Positions 13,510 to 26,680 of a stretch of DNA of 64,000 nt are shown here, in pieces. The notes beneath the pieces are model-generated. The model searched no databases. It was not told the origin of the DNA and worked only from the letters and a program-made list of their open reading frames with translations. The stretch lies in the NCBI RefSeq assembly GCF_009834535.1, contig NC_045696.1, positions 107,138,001-107,202,000 of the forward strand, in the 5' to 3' direction. Position 1 is the first letter of the stretch. Each line of letters opens with the position of its first letter. Origin of the DNA: Camelus ferus. Lineage: Eukaryota. The translations under genes were made by a program, and so were the position numbers.

Positions 13510-15290
13510 CAACAGCCCCTAAATTTGTATCTCTAACCCAGACCTCACCTCTGAGCTCCAGATTCTGTGTATACAACTGCTTGCCTGACATTTCCACTTG
13601 TATGTATCATAGGCATCTCACAATGAATATATTCAATACCAAGCTCTTTCATTTCTTTACAAAACTGTTCCTCTTTTCAGCATCTCTGTTGTTATGAGCT
13701 GCATTGTGTCTTCCCCTCAAATTCTTATGCTGAAGTCCTAAACCCCAGTTCTTCCACATGTGACCATATTTGGACATAGGGGTCTTTAAAGAGATAATTA
13801 AGTTACAGTGAGGCCCTGAGCCAATATGACGGGTGTCCTTATAAGAAGAGGAAGTCTGGACACCAATACACACACAGGGAAAACAACATGAAGCCACAGG
13901 GGGAATACAACCCCCACAAAGCAAGGAAAGGCTGGAAAAGACCCCTTCCTCAGAAGGAGCCAACTCTGCCAACACCTTGACCTTGGACATCCAGACTCCA
14001 GAACCCTGAGAAAATTCATTTCTGTTGTCTAAGCCATCCAGTCTATGGTACTTTGTCACAGCAGCCCTGGAAAACTAACATACCACATAAGCAGTTGGTA
14101 CCACCGACCTCTAGTAGCTAAAAGCCAGAAATCTGGGAGTTAGTCCCCAGCACCTTCCTGCTCACGCCTACATCCAACCTATCATCAGGTCAGCCTAAAA
14201 AGCACATCGCAGTCTGCCCACCTCCCTCAACCTCTGTTGCTGGCACCTGGCCCAAGCCGCTGCATCTGTTGACAGGAACCACCTCAGCAGCCCGATGACT
14301 AGGTCTGGCTCTGATCAGTCACCTCCAGCATACTGGAAATGGACTCCTGAGTGGAAGCTTGGGATTGCCTAAACTCGCTAAACAAGGTAGGCGAGGTGAG
14401 GGGCAGGCGGTGAAGAGGGGAGGGTCACCACTTCTGACAGGTCCTGTGCCCACAGCTGTGTGAGCCTCCAGCTTCTGGCCTATTCTCATCTCTTTGGGCT
14501 AATTCTCACCCTCAGTATCTGCCTCATTCTTTGAGCTTGACCTGACAGTGCCAACATCAGATCCAGGGCCCTCAAGGCCAATGCACCCATCAATTCTTCC
14601 CTGTCCATCTCCCCACCCGGCTGCCCACACTGTCCTGGTCCTGCTCAGACCATCAGCACTTGAAGGTGTCTAGTGCCCCTGCTGCCGGCTCTTCAGTCCT
14701 CCTTCTCCCACCAGGTTTTTCCAAGGGCTTCTGGGTCTGAGCCTCACCCCTCGGGCTGCCCCTCAGGCTCAGCCCCTCAGCCCATTCAAGGCATGCCCTT
14801 ATTTTGACGGTTCCTCAACACCTACAGGAGAAGGCCCCGTCCCCTCCCGTGTAACATGGTACACAACTGCCAGGGCCCTGCTTGCCTCCCCAGCCCTGTT
14901 TTATATACGCCCCCTCCTCTCTTGAACATGCTAGCAATCTACTTGTCTCCCAAATAGGCCTCTCGGTTTCACACATCTATGTTACGTTCATGCTGTTCCC
15001 ACTGCCTCAAATGCTTTTCCCTCCCTTTTACTCCTGACTATTCCTACTGGTTCTTTGAGATTCAGATCAAGGGACCACCTCCTTCCATATTCCATTCCTC
15101 ACCCTTTCATACCTGCCAGTTCTAGATGCCCCTTCCTCCTGCTCCCAGATTCCTTCTCTCGTTGCCCTTTACCTGGTATATATTATTTGTTTATTTTTCC
15201 ATCTTCATCATCGACCACTTCTTACTGACCTCTGTCCCCCAGGCTTAGCATAATTGCTCACACACAGTAGGTGTCCAATGAGGGTTTATT
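13510..15290 (+). mobile_element. LINE-2 fragments, interrupted by an MLT1 LTR and unique sequence
   Basis: Sequence gagctccagattctg...caactgcttgcctgacatttccacttg...ggcatctca, and an L2 3'-end-like cttagcata...cagtaggtgtccaat near 15245-15280. Confidence 0.7.
13690..14082 (+). mobile_element. MaLR solo LTR (MLT1B/MST-like)
   Basis: Begins tgttatgagctg...tgtgtc, has internal ggtgtccttataagaagagga, and ends gcagccctggaaaactaac. Confidence 0.85.
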
Positions 15291-16349
15291 AAGCCAACTG
15301 GCCTGACTGCCAGACCCACTGTGCCCTGCGTCCCAGGCGCCTGCCCCCAGCAGGGGGACACGCTTTACATCTCCACAGCAGGGAATCTGGCCCTCAGCCC
15401 TTCCCTGAACCGAGTCACATGGTGGACACTCTAAAGTGCACAGGTCATGAGGCCTGGATGGCTTTTTAAAGTTTCTCATGGAAAAGGAAATTGTGAAATG
15501 CCCCACTGGGGCAGCGAAGCAATCTCTCCTAGTCCAGACTTGGCGCCCAAAGCCAGCTGCTTGGGCCGGGAGATAACAGGCCCCCCACACTGAGCTGCCA
15601 CCAGCAGACTCGGAAAAGTAAAAAATTGACAACATTTCAGGAAGAAGATTCCTCATTTCCAATAGTATCATCTATACCCTGTGGGATAAAGCACCTCCTG
15701 CCTTATTAACGTCTTTTACATTTTTTAGTGCTGAATCCAAGGTGAAAGGGAGGAGGGGAGAGGGGACGTCTGTACCAGGTCCTTTAGGAACCAGGAAAAT
15801 GCCGTGGCAGAGATGAATTGTAGACCCAGAAATAGCATTTTGGGGATGAAATGTATAATGTTCACTCTTTTTAAAAAAAAAAAAAAGTTTCATACAGCCC
15901 AAATGACATCATATCAGGTCAGCCAGAGCAGAAGGAAGGGAGAAAAATACTGAGCATGAGAAGAAACCGATACAGACAGGCACTTTCTAAAATGGATTCC
16001 ACACTGCACACACCGAAGCCCAGAGAGAAAAATCTTCAGCGAAAAAAGTGTCTCCCCTTACTGACCACAGTTAAATACCAGCCGGACTTACTTAGGTTTT
16101 AAACTATCTGCTGCATTTCAAAGACTAACATCAAAACTTGAAGGAAAATAGTATTTAGCTAGTCTGGTCAGGCTCTCTCGGAGGTATGCTTGCGAAGTAG
16201 GGGAGTCCCTTGTCAGAGTCCCTAAGCCCAGTAAATCTCACTCCCACAGAACCCCTCCATGTCCCCAGACTCACTTGCCCCCTGCTCCCCACCCATGAAA
16301 ACATGCGCAGTCCTACGTATCACGGAAAGGGAGTTCTAGAAATTAACAT

Positions 16350-16790
16350 GTCCCTGCAAGTGTTCTTGTGGTTGCGAGTAACTGAAGCCCACTCAGTCTA
16401 GTTTAAGCAAAGAAAGGGGAGGGAGATAGAATTTTGTTTATTTTAAGGCCCCTAAGCTCTTACATACCCAAGAGGAAGAGTATGGCCTTCCTCAGGAAGG
16501 ACCTGGAGCTAGGAGTCATCACAATTTCGATTCCATCTCTCATCTCTGATTCTCTCTGCACATCAACTTCACCGTCTGTCTCTGTGGACTGGCATTCCCT
16601 GATCCTCAGCCCACAGGACAGACTGCATGACCCACAGGTCCTGAGAAACCAGCAGCTCCTGCTACTCAACAGTGAAACATAATAACTGGCTGTCCCTCGA
16701 GTTCAATTCCAAATTCCCAGAGAAGGGAATCTGACTGGGTAAAGTATCGCCTCTGTCCCAGTCAGCTCTGGCGAAGGGGATCTATCCTAC
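16350..16790 (-). mobile_element. Old MaLR LTR fragment (MLT1K/L-like)
   Basis: Motifs ggttgcgagtaactgaagcccactca...tttaagcaaag and ccagagaagggaatctgactgg. Confidence 0.5.
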
Positions 16791-17455
16791 AGGGCATACG
16801 GTTGCCTTGAGCTCACCCAGCGCATCTGAGAGCAGTTCCCAGAGTAGAGGCGTTTGTGTTCTGTCCGAGGTCCAGGACCGGCACTGTACAGTGGGCCACT
16901 GGGTCTCCCCTGACCCCTATCACAGTGGGAGTCCTGTCCGATCCCTCTCAGGAAATCAGGACCAAGTGAGGAAAGGGGAAGCGCTGGGAAAAAAGGATTC
17001 AAGAGATAGAGTCATAGTTAGAGAGATAAAAGTACAGGCATCAGGAGAGGCCACGGAATGAACGAGCAATATGAGGGTTTTGGCGTGGTTTTCAAATATC
17101 ATTTATCAAGACAGAAACCACAGCCACAGCTGAAATTTTAGACAGCTAACGAAGGGAGATGCAACGTTGTCATGAAAACACAGTTCATGCACATACACTG
17201 CCCTTCTAGAAGGGCAGAGACGATATAACAGAAGGGTTATCTCATCCACTGAGTTATGCCAACGTGCTCATAATTTTCTGTTTTCCTTTCTCTGTCTTGA
17301 CCAAAACTATGTGCAGCACTGCTTTTAATGATTCGTTCACACTTATGTTATAATTTAATTTTTATCAAGTAGGACCATGTGAAACTGCCATTTTCATAAG
17401 TCTAAACTGACAAATATCAGCCATTTCAAAATAATATATATATATACATCCTTTT

Positions 17456-17581
17456 TTTTTGGTGGGGGAAGGTAATTAGGTTTATTTATTCATTCTTGGA
17501 GGACGTACTGGGGATTGAACCCAGGACCTCATGCATGCTAAGCATATGCTCTACCACTTGAGCTATACCCTCCCCCCTCCC
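17456..17581 (-). mobile_element. tRNA-Ala-derived SINE (Vic-1-like)
   Basis: Well-preserved head (reverse complement gggtatagctcaagtggtagagcatatgcttagcatgcatgaggtcctgggttcaatcccc). TSD atatacatcctttt at 17442-17455 and 17582-17595. Confidence 0.92.
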
Positions 17582-17599
17582 ATATACATCCTTTTAAAT

Positions 17600-19150
17600 A
17601 GAACTATAGACTTAAATGAAAACCGGTCCTTGGGACAACTCCCACTATGTCCCTGACTCCCACTGCCCAGAATGAACATTTTTAGGTTTTTTTTAACTAT
17701 TTCTTCTGATTGTTTATTTCTAAATAATATTAATATATTCTTATCTCTTGATCTTTCTATTTTATACTTTGTATGTCAGCTTCCTCCTGGGTACCATATG
17801 AACCGTCTGATTGCCATCAAACCTATCAGCTAACCTACCAGTTTCAGCGGGTTTCTTGAGAACCCCCCTCCTGGAGACTTCCAGCCTCAGTGGGTGCTCT
17901 CTGGACATACAGACTAGCCGCAGTCCTGGAACTCCTCTCCCCATCACCCTGGGAATTGCCTTTACTTTTCTGCTCTCCTGTGTTGCCTCTCCCGCATTAA
18001 CTTGACATTTTCCTCATTCTTGGTTTGCAGTGTTATTCTGCAGAGCACACACCCAGTAGCCCTCTGAACATCTGAACAAAGGTGATACAAATATAAGAAC
18101 TTGTGTGTCTGCAAATATTATTCTGCCTTCAATCTGGATTGATGGTTTGGCAGAATATGTTGTTCTAGATTGAAATGTATCTTTCCTAGAATTTTAAAGG
18201 CATGACTCATTTTTGTCCATCTTCCCAAGTTTCCATGACAAATCCCATGCCGTTCTGATTCCCGATATGTTGTACGTAGCCGGCTTATTCACCTTAGAAT
18301 ATTTTTAGACCCTTCTCTACATGCCAGGTGTTCTGAATTTACATGAAGATGTACTTTATAGCCAAACTGTTCATTCATTTTGCTGGGCCCTTAAATCCAG
18401 AGGTTCTTCTCTTGGAAATTATCTTGTGCTATTTTTCTAAATTTCTCTTGCATTATTTCTTGGGTGGTTTCCTCTCCTCCATTTTCTCTCTTCTCTCTTT
18501 GAGGCTCCTTTTCAGCAAATGTGGACATCTTGACCTGATTCTCCAGTTTTGCCTTTTCTTTCCTATTTTCCACCTCTTTTTTTTTTTAATTCTATTTCTA
18601 AGGGATTATCTTCTACACTACCTTCCTCAATGTTATCTCCCAATTCATTTATCAAATAGATCGCTTTTATCACATTTTTAATTCTCTTGAGTTCTTCTGT
18701 GTTTCATTACCTCATCTTTCTAAGGATACCTCTTATAATATTACCTCATCTTTCTGAGTATCTTTAATTATAGGGATTTTTTTAAAGATTTTTCTTCCTT
18801 TCTCATTTGTGTTTCTTCAGGGTTACTTTTCCCTGTTTGCTTGTTTTGGCCACTACATTTTCTATACGATAATATTTACAAACGTCTGATGGTCTTTGGT
18901 TGCCTGTCTTAAAATGAAGTTCTAAAAACCTGACTGGAAGCTCTCTGTGCTCGGGTGGAGCTTGTCAGCTTCCAGGCTTTGCAGCAGGAGATCAGGTGGT
19001 GACCCAGCCTTTTGCGTGGGAGCTTCCAAAATCAGTGTCTGGGAATTTGTACTCTCTGTTCTTGTGGCTTTACTCCTTTTTTATTCCTTCTGTCATTTCA
19101 GTGAGACTGGAGCAAGGAAAAGAAATGACGGTGTGAATTCAATCCACCAC
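17600..19150 (-). mobile_element. Ancient L1 (L1M/L1ME) fragments
   Basis: T-rich strand with L1 ORF1-region motifs (tggtttggcagaatat...tagattgaaa...aaggcat...). Boundaries are approximate. Confidence 0.55.
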
Positions 19151-19965
19151 CTTGTGCTGAGAGTGCCCTATTACATTTCTGACAATTAATGTTTCTTTCT
19201 GGGAAATTGGGAGTTCACATGCCTCCTGCATGTTCCCCACGTAGTGTTTCTGTCTGCTGGGGAATCAGCCCTTAGAAGTTAAGACTGTTCCCTTATCTTT
19301 TCCTCCTTTGTCTCTGCAGCCATCTCACTGGATAGAACCCACTTGGGGGTTCTCCTTGGTTTCTCTGATCCTCTGAATGCAGAAAACCATCAGCATACTT
19401 GGGGATTTACTCAGCCCCTCTTCTTCTTTCCTGCTTTAGCTGAAGCAACAGGGACCTGTTTGCTAGAAGCTGCCTATCACCTGCACACTTAACATGGTTC
19501 TTACAAGCCCACCTGGCACAGCCAGTCTTCCAATGATGACTCTTGTGTCTGTTGCACCTTAAGACCAACAACTCCAGTATGACTCTGCACTTGTTCTGCT
19601 TCGTAAGGCTTGTCTTTGCACTTGCCCAGAAACTGGCAAGGAGCATGGGTTTCCTCAGGATATGATTTGTGGGGGCAGGGTTCGGGGGCGATCTGCTTTA
19701 AAACAACTCTGGGCTTTGTCCCAGCTTGGACACCAGTTTAGTCAAATACTCAACCTCTCTGAGATTTGATTTCCCCATTGTGAGATGGGAATAACATTAG
19801 TAGAGTGAAATCATGTTTCAAGGTGTTAATTGATATGCTGCTGTATAGCCACTGTCCTGCCCATGCTCTGCAGTTAAAGGGAAGGACTCCACTGATGTCG
19901 CAACAGTTACCTTTGGGGACAAATGTGCCGCATTCTTTATCTTTTAAGGTCAAAGGATACTTTCT

Positions 19966-20620
19966 TTTTTTATTGAAGTATAGTCGATTTATAATGTGTT
20001 AATTTCTGGTGTACAGCATAGTGAGATATATATATATATGTATATTCCTTTTCACAACCCCTTTCATTGTAAGTCATTACAAGGTATTGAATATAGTTCC
20101 CTGTGCAATATAATAAGACCCTGTTGTTTATCTACTTAATATATAATAGTATCTACAAATCCTGAACTCCCAATTTATTCCTCCCCATTCCCTTTCCCCC
20201 CAGGAGCCATAAGTTTGTTTTCTATGTCTGTGAGTCTATCACTGTCTTATAAATAATTTCATGTCCTGGTTTTTTTTTTTTTTTTTTGGATTCCACATTT
20301 AAGTGATATCATATGGTATTTTTCTTTCTCTTTCTGGCTTTATTTAGAATGACGATCTCCAGGTCCATCCATGTTGCTGCAAATGGCATTATTTTATCCT
20401 TTTTTTATGGCTGAGTAGTATTCCATTGTATATATATATACCACAGCTTCTTTATCCAGTCATCTGTTGTTGGACACTTAGGTTGCTTCCATGTCTTCGC
20501 TATTGTAAAAAGTGCTGCTCTGAACATTGGGGTGCAAGTGTCTTTTCAAATTAGAGTTTCCTCCAGATATTTGCCCAGGAGTGGGATTGCTGGATCATAG
20601 GGTAAGTTTAGTTTCAGTTT
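19966..20620 (-). mobile_element. 5'-truncated LINE-1 3' end
   Basis: Poly(T) followed by L1 3'UTR/ORF2 end. Perfect 16-bp TSD tcaaaggatactttct at 19950-19965 and 20621-20636. Confidence 0.92.
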
Positions 20621-22545
20621 TCAAAGGATACTTTCTGAGTGTGAGACAAGAAAAATTTTAAGTGGAAATTCCAATAGAGAAGGCAGATTTGTCCCGTACT
20701 CCAAAGCAAATGGAAGAGCTTGAAGATGGAGAAGAAGGAAGAGAGTTTTGAGAGAAGGAAGCAGGAGATACCTTGTAGGAACCCAGCTCCCTGTCTCTCA
20801 TCCCTCGGGCAGGCCCAGGCTGGGCAGAGAGCATCACAGAGTGGGGTGGGGCTGTACCCACCTATCCGAGGGCTCTGAGAGTCAGCAAGCACCTTTCAGG
20901 GAACACAGAGGGAAGTGATGGGCCTGACTGCAAGGAGCCCCGGGAGAGTCTGCGGGCGTGAATGGAAAGCCAGAGTTCACTGAGAATGAACACCGTGAGC
21001 AGGCCTGGAAGTAACCATAGCACAAGGCAAGTGGGCCCCACTGCTGGGGCTGGAGAGGACGGCCCAGCCGGATCAGAGGACGCTCTCTGCACTGGAGCTC
21101 AGGGTGACAGCAGCAACGCAAGGGCAGAAGTGGGGCCAAGTCAGCAGAGGAAGATACCCCAGCTCCCAGGTTAAGTACAAATGGAGATGGAAAAAGAGAG
21201 AAAGACTAGCCTCTGCAGCAGATAGCTCATCAGTGAGGCCACCACAGGCCAGCCGCCCCCCGACGCAGTGCCCCTGCTTCCTGAAGGCTCCCTTGAACAA
21301 GACATAGGACTCTGTGTGGGGACTGGGGGTGGGGGGAGCCACAGACCTTGAAATGATTACATTTTAAACCAGAAGTAACCCAAAAATTAATATGTTGGGT
21401 TGAATAGGATTGAAACATTGCTAGATTACATTTCTTCAAGCAGCAGGACTAGGGATTTACAAACTGAGTTCAATGTTAGGGAAATTTTTAGAGTTTCATT
21501 TCTTCTCACCAGAGTCTTAGAAGCTATGGTGACTAAAAAAGCCATATTATTGTTCTTGCGTCATATAGTTTTTATTGAGATTAAATAAGGCTCTATCCAT
21601 AAAGTCCCTAACACTGGGCTCGGCACATGGTACGAATTCGGAATTGTTAGTAACACCCGTCTGCCTTTGCCGGCCCCTCCGGAGTGAACACCTGTGGGCC
21701 TGGAGGTAAAATGCAGGGAGCGAACACTCTCTGCCTTGGAACAGGGCCTAACCCTGCTTGCCGGTATTCCCCAGGCAGGGGAGGCCTCCCAGACACTGAG
21801 ACCTGTCCTTGTATCTCTTATCTGCAAGCCGGGCTTCTGGCTCTGGTCCCTAGGGACTAACACTTTCCCTTTGCTAACCACACTCTGAGTTCTCACTTTG
21901 CACAAAACACCACCATTTAGGACCCCTGAATCACCCTTTTTTCCATGTCTTTGTGAAGCCTGAGGCACACAGTCCCTCTGCTAATGTTAGATAAATGATG
22001 CGGTTTGCCCAGACACCATGTGTTCAATCAGCTGGCTTTAAAACAAGATGGTGTATGGAAAGCCCCAACCAGGAGATAGATATCTTTAGACAAATCTACA
22101 GAAGGACAAATTCAAAACATCCATGGATGGTATGACCCAGTCCCATTGAGAAGTTCCTTCCACCATCAGGAGGGCCCTAATTTCACACCCATGTAACAGG
22201 TTGCTTCGCTCATTTTATAGACCTTCAGCTGGGTCTGCAATTTGATGTATCAATTTCTCTTTTCTAGTAAAAGATGAGCTACGAGGCAGCAGAAGATGAG
22301 ATTTTCAGGAGAAAGTTAAAGGAATTTTATAGCTTGTTTGTGTTGTCCATACCACCCGATGGCAGGCGGACTCCATAAATACTTATTAAAATTAATATTG
22401 TTCGAGCAAGTCCAAAGAGAAGAAAGCTCTTCTGCAAGTCTCTGCATAACATAACTCTCCCCTCACAGACAGGTTGTAATACTGCTGTGATGGAAAGAAA
22501 GAACATAGTGCAAAGAATGAATAAACTCTGCCCAGATGGTATTTT

Positions 22546-22734
22546 TTTTTTTAATTTTAACGTCACCTTTCTTTCTTTTTAATTTTTTGTTTTGGTTGTG
22601 TGGTGGTTTTTTTAGGGGTAGGGGAGGTCATTAGGTTTATTAATTTATTTATTTAATGGAGATACTGGGGATTGACCCTAGGACCTCGTGCATGCTAAGC
22701 ACACACTCTACCACTGAGCTATACCCTCCCCTGC
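22546..22734 (-). mobile_element. tRNA-Ala-derived SINE (Vic-1-like)
   Basis: Same head as the other copies. Degenerate TSD cccagatggtatttt (22531-22545) / cccagaaggcatttt (22735-22749). Confidence 0.9.
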
Positions 22735-23059
22735 CCCAGAAGGCATTTTGAAATAATATTTCCAGTCTAGGAAACTGACTGTTCATTCTCCCCACCTGTG
22801 TAATTTACCAGATGCATCCACACACATAATATAATACTGCCATCTGATTATTGTGACACTGATTTGGTAAAACCTCAAGACAAAGCAGCCCTTGCCCAAG
22901 ACACAGCTACAAGCCTGCCGTCAGTCTCTGCTCTCACCCAGTTAACCGGCGTCAAAGGCTGTGGCCCTCTCCTGAACTACAAAGAAGCCGTGTCAAAACT
23001 GAGTGTTGCCTACAGAGTGGCCTCCTGTGCACTTGTGCAACTATAATGGTCAAGGCACA

Positions 23060-23260
23060 CACATATGGGACTTTATAGCTTACAAAGGAGTTTTTACCAA
23101 CCTCGTTCCAATTAATCTTCACAATATAAGAATAGACATCATGATCCCTATTTTATAGGGGAGGAAACTGAGGCTCATGGAAAACAACTGACTCGCCCAC
23201 ATTCACTAAGCTAGTAAGCGGTAGAGCTAGGGTTTGCCCCCAGGTCCCTGATGTCGTAGC
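23060..23260 (-). mobile_element. MIR SINE
   Basis: Sequence atttttataggggaggaaactgaggctc...agctagtaagcggtagagctaggg. Confidence 0.8.
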
Positions 23261-23555
23261 TTACATTCCTGCAGCCCCTGCACGAGGTAGCAGGATGTAG
23301 GGCTGTGACTCCCCGCCATTCACTCTTGCCCATCACCTTTCTGCACTTTGCGAGCAGCAGTTAGGGTCATCTGGTCTTATTACATTGAAAAGGAAGGGCA
23401 TAAGCAACAAGCAACAAAAAATATGAGTGTCCAGCTTTGGAGTTTAAAAGAAAATTTTGGAACCTCCAACAGCAAGTTGCATGAGACCTCAAAATCCTGG
23501 CTTCTGAGAACACAAAGGCAACCTTCTATAAACAGCAGCATTAAGAAGACACACC

Positions 23556-23848
23556 ACACCTACACAGAAAACAAACTTAGGGTTATGGGGGTCAGGGGGA
23601 GGGAAGGGAGCAGGATGGGATAAACTGGGAGTTCGAGATGTGCAGATACTAACTACTAAATAGAAAAGAGATGAACAACAACTTTCTACTGTAGAGCACA
23701 GGGAACTATATTCAATATCTTGTAGAAACCATTTAGAAAAAGAATATGAAAAGGAATATATGTATGTATATGGATGACTGAAACATTATGCTGCACACCA
23801 GAAATGAACACAACATTGTAAATTGACTGTACTTCAATTAAAAAAAAA
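23556..23848 (+). mobile_element. LINE-1 3'UTR fragment
   Basis: L1 3'UTR with poly(A). TSD aagacacacc at 23546-23555 and 23849-23858. Confidence 0.88.
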
Positions 23849-24004
23849 AAGACACACCTGAGCAAAATCAAGTCAATTTCCCCCACCAAGACTCCACAGG
23901 CCAGAAGGGGACAGAGAGGTAGAGGAAAAGTCAGAGATTAACTCAGGAGTGGGGGCCTCTGCCCCCAGGCAGGTGTTCTAGACCCAGGGACCAGACCCAC
24001 AGTG

Positions 24005-24534
24005 AGCAGACTGAGTGATGGCCACCTCGTGGTACTCATGCCCTTGAAGAAGCGGAGGCCCTTGAGTGTGGGCAGTACCTGTGACTTGCTTCCAACCAAC
24101 AGAACATGGTAATGGCCACAGGATGTACGTGATTATGTGCACATGCTTACCTGACACACGATGTTAGTGCCTGTCGTACAAGGAGACATCCTCCCTTGCT
24201 GACTGTGAAAAGCCAAGGGCAGTGCTGTGAGCTTCCCCATGGTAAGGACCACATGACGAAGAGCTGACAGCATCCTCCAACCAACAGCCAGCGAGAAACT
24301 GGGGCCCTCGGTAGCCAGGAGCTTGCCAACCACCCTGTGAGCCTGGAGCAGGTAACTCCCTGACTGAGCCTCAGGGAAGAACTCAGCCCTGGCAGTTATC
24401 TTGACTGCCGCCTTTCAAAGGGCCCAGCCAAGCCAGACTCCTGCCCCACAGAAACCACGAGATAATACACGTGTCTTGTTTTAAGTCTCTATGTTTGCGG
24501 TAATACTGTTGTGCAGCAGCAGAAAACTGGTACA
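24005..24534 (+). mobile_element. MaLR solo LTR (MLT1F-like)
   Basis: Sequence ccttgagtgtgggc...tgtgacttgcttccaaccaacagaa...aacagccagcgagaaactg...gcagcagaaaactggtaca. Confidence 0.8.
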
Positions 24535-25264
24535 GGTTAGTTCTGGGATCTGGGGGAAAAAGGATGCGCATCCTTCCCGGGTAAGGTCCGGCAGGTAAGT
24601 GAGGTCCCTGCGAGTTTCACAGCCGCACTTCACCCAGTACGGTGAAGACACGATGGGGTAAAATGCTGGCAGGGCATATCCGGGCAAATAGGACCTGGCA
24701 GAGCCTCCCCAGGAGCTCTCCACGAAGCTGAGGCTTCTCCAACTCCCTGGACTGGATGCCACCCCAGGGAAAGGGAGGGAGCTGGGGCGGGAACCCTGAA
24801 CAATTGTATTCCAAGTGGAAATGACTGCATTTAACTGGAAATGATGAAGGAGACATGTTCTGCCATCAGTGGAAAAGGGATGCTAGTAACCAGCCTGATT
24901 CTACTGGCTGATGAGTGCTGGGAGCGCAGGGAAGGCAGTGATCCAGGGCATGGGGGATGGGGTCAGTGAAGGCTTCCTGGAGGAAGTGACAGCTGAGTTG
25001 AGTTTTAGTTTATGAATTAAAATGAGATTCTATGAAGTGTTGGATTCCAACCTTTCATGGTTCCATGCTTTTAAGTTTTCAACTTTCTAAGATTCTTTTT
25101 TTCCAAAGTCTATAGATCAAAGGCTCCCCACTGGCACTGTTATCTACTGGGGCCTCATTGGGGGTGGGGAGGCCAAAAACTATCTGAAATGTATCTGAAT
25201 CAGACTCCTATTCCTCATAATTTCCCACATCTCTGTCATCTTTGCCTGTAGGGATTTCCTCCTT

Positions 25265-25660
25265 TTTTAATTTACTCTTTTATTTTTAATAAAAGTTTCA
25301 TATGCACACAATTTCAAGAGTCAAATCGTTTTATAAGACTTGGATGAAAAATAGCAGTTGCACACACCACCCCTCCCCACCCCCATTTCTCACCACTCAG
25401 TGGAAAATACTTTCAACTTTTAGAGGATTGTTCTGTGTTGCTTCCTACCTATCATTAAGTAGCATGCTGATACGGCTACTTCTTGATTTTCCAGTTGCAC
25501 TATCCACTGGCTTCCCGGTATGGAAGGTGAGACTTTTTTGCCACTGTCTCCAACTCCACATTGCACACCTTCTTATTACCCCCACTCTCCCAAAAGAATT
25601 TAGTTAAATTCAATACGTTCATTGTTTACATTATCATGATCATGTACATGCTATTCACAA
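25265..25660 (-). mobile_element. Ancient L1 (L1ME-like) fragment
   Basis: Degenerate L1ME 3'-region motifs (tatgcacacaatttcaagagtcaaat...tttcaacttttag). Confidence 0.5.
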
Positions 25661-26229
25661 CTGTCATGGCGACAAGCAGATTGGGAAAGGAGACCAGAAC
25701 TCAAAGCACCACCCAAAACGGTGAGTTGTCAGGTTTTATTCTTCAGAGTCTCTGAGCCTAGATTCAAACTCATTCAGAAACCTGGAACTGTCCACCAGAT
25801 GAGGACAGAAAGAACCCCAAGTAGAGCCATCTGTTTCCGATCTGAGGCATTGGAAAGAAAGTCCCCACAGGTCTGAGAGAGTGTCAGAAATCCCCTGGGT
25901 TGGTTAATTGTTCTTCCATTCTCTCACTGCCTGGCCCCCTTGGCAATACCTGCAGGATCCAGGTGGGCTCCTAAAACTCCAGGAGGGGAACCCTTCTCTC
26001 TGACCTGGAAACGGGTCTCCATAGCGTGGGGAGAATCCACATTGCCGTATTTTCTCTACATAGTCACTCATCTCATGACTCTGGATGCAGACACAGTTGA
26101 AGGAAGTGGGTGGCAGAGTAGGGAAACTAAGGATGCAGCTTTCTAGCCAGAAAGACCAGGAGAGGAGGTCCTTGGGAGCCAGAAAGTGTGAGGTGAGTGG
26201 AACCCAATCCCCAGCTACAGGGATGAGTC

Positions 26230-26680
26230 CTGCTAGGTCTAACCTTAGCAAATCACTGCGACCTCATTCCCCTCGACAGTGATTGATTTAATCAGGACAT
26301 GGAATGCAATTCTGGCCAATAAGAAGTGAAGGAAAGGCTGGGGACGGGGAGGGCGGGGACAGGAGGCAGATTTTGGTAAAGGTTTCTTTGTTCTTCAAAG
26401 GAGAGAGAAAAAGGCAGTTTTGATACTAAGTGTTGTATTTGCGGACTAGAGCCACAGCACCTGGCTGGAACCACGATCAGAGCTGGCAGAAGACAAGCTG
26501 ACATCCTGAAACTGGCAGAATGGAAAAATGGAAAGAACTTGGAGCCATGGAATTAACCAGCCTGGAGCTGCCCTACCCAAGGGCTTCTTGTTGTAAGGGA
26601 CAATCTTTTTTTTTTTTTTTTTTCATGTTTTTTGAGTGAACTGAGGCAGGATTTTCTAGAATTTACCATCACATTACCTA
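26230..26680 (+). mobile_element. MaLR LTR (MLT1J-like)
   Basis: Sequence caattctggccaataaga...gaatggaaaaatggaaagaacttgg...aaccagcctggagctgccctacc...cttcttgtt. Confidence 0.65.

Noticed and set aside
17490..17575. tRNA-Ala gene
   Set aside because: It is a SINE head: it has a non-tRNA body, an A-rich tail, a TSD and several diverged copies in the window.
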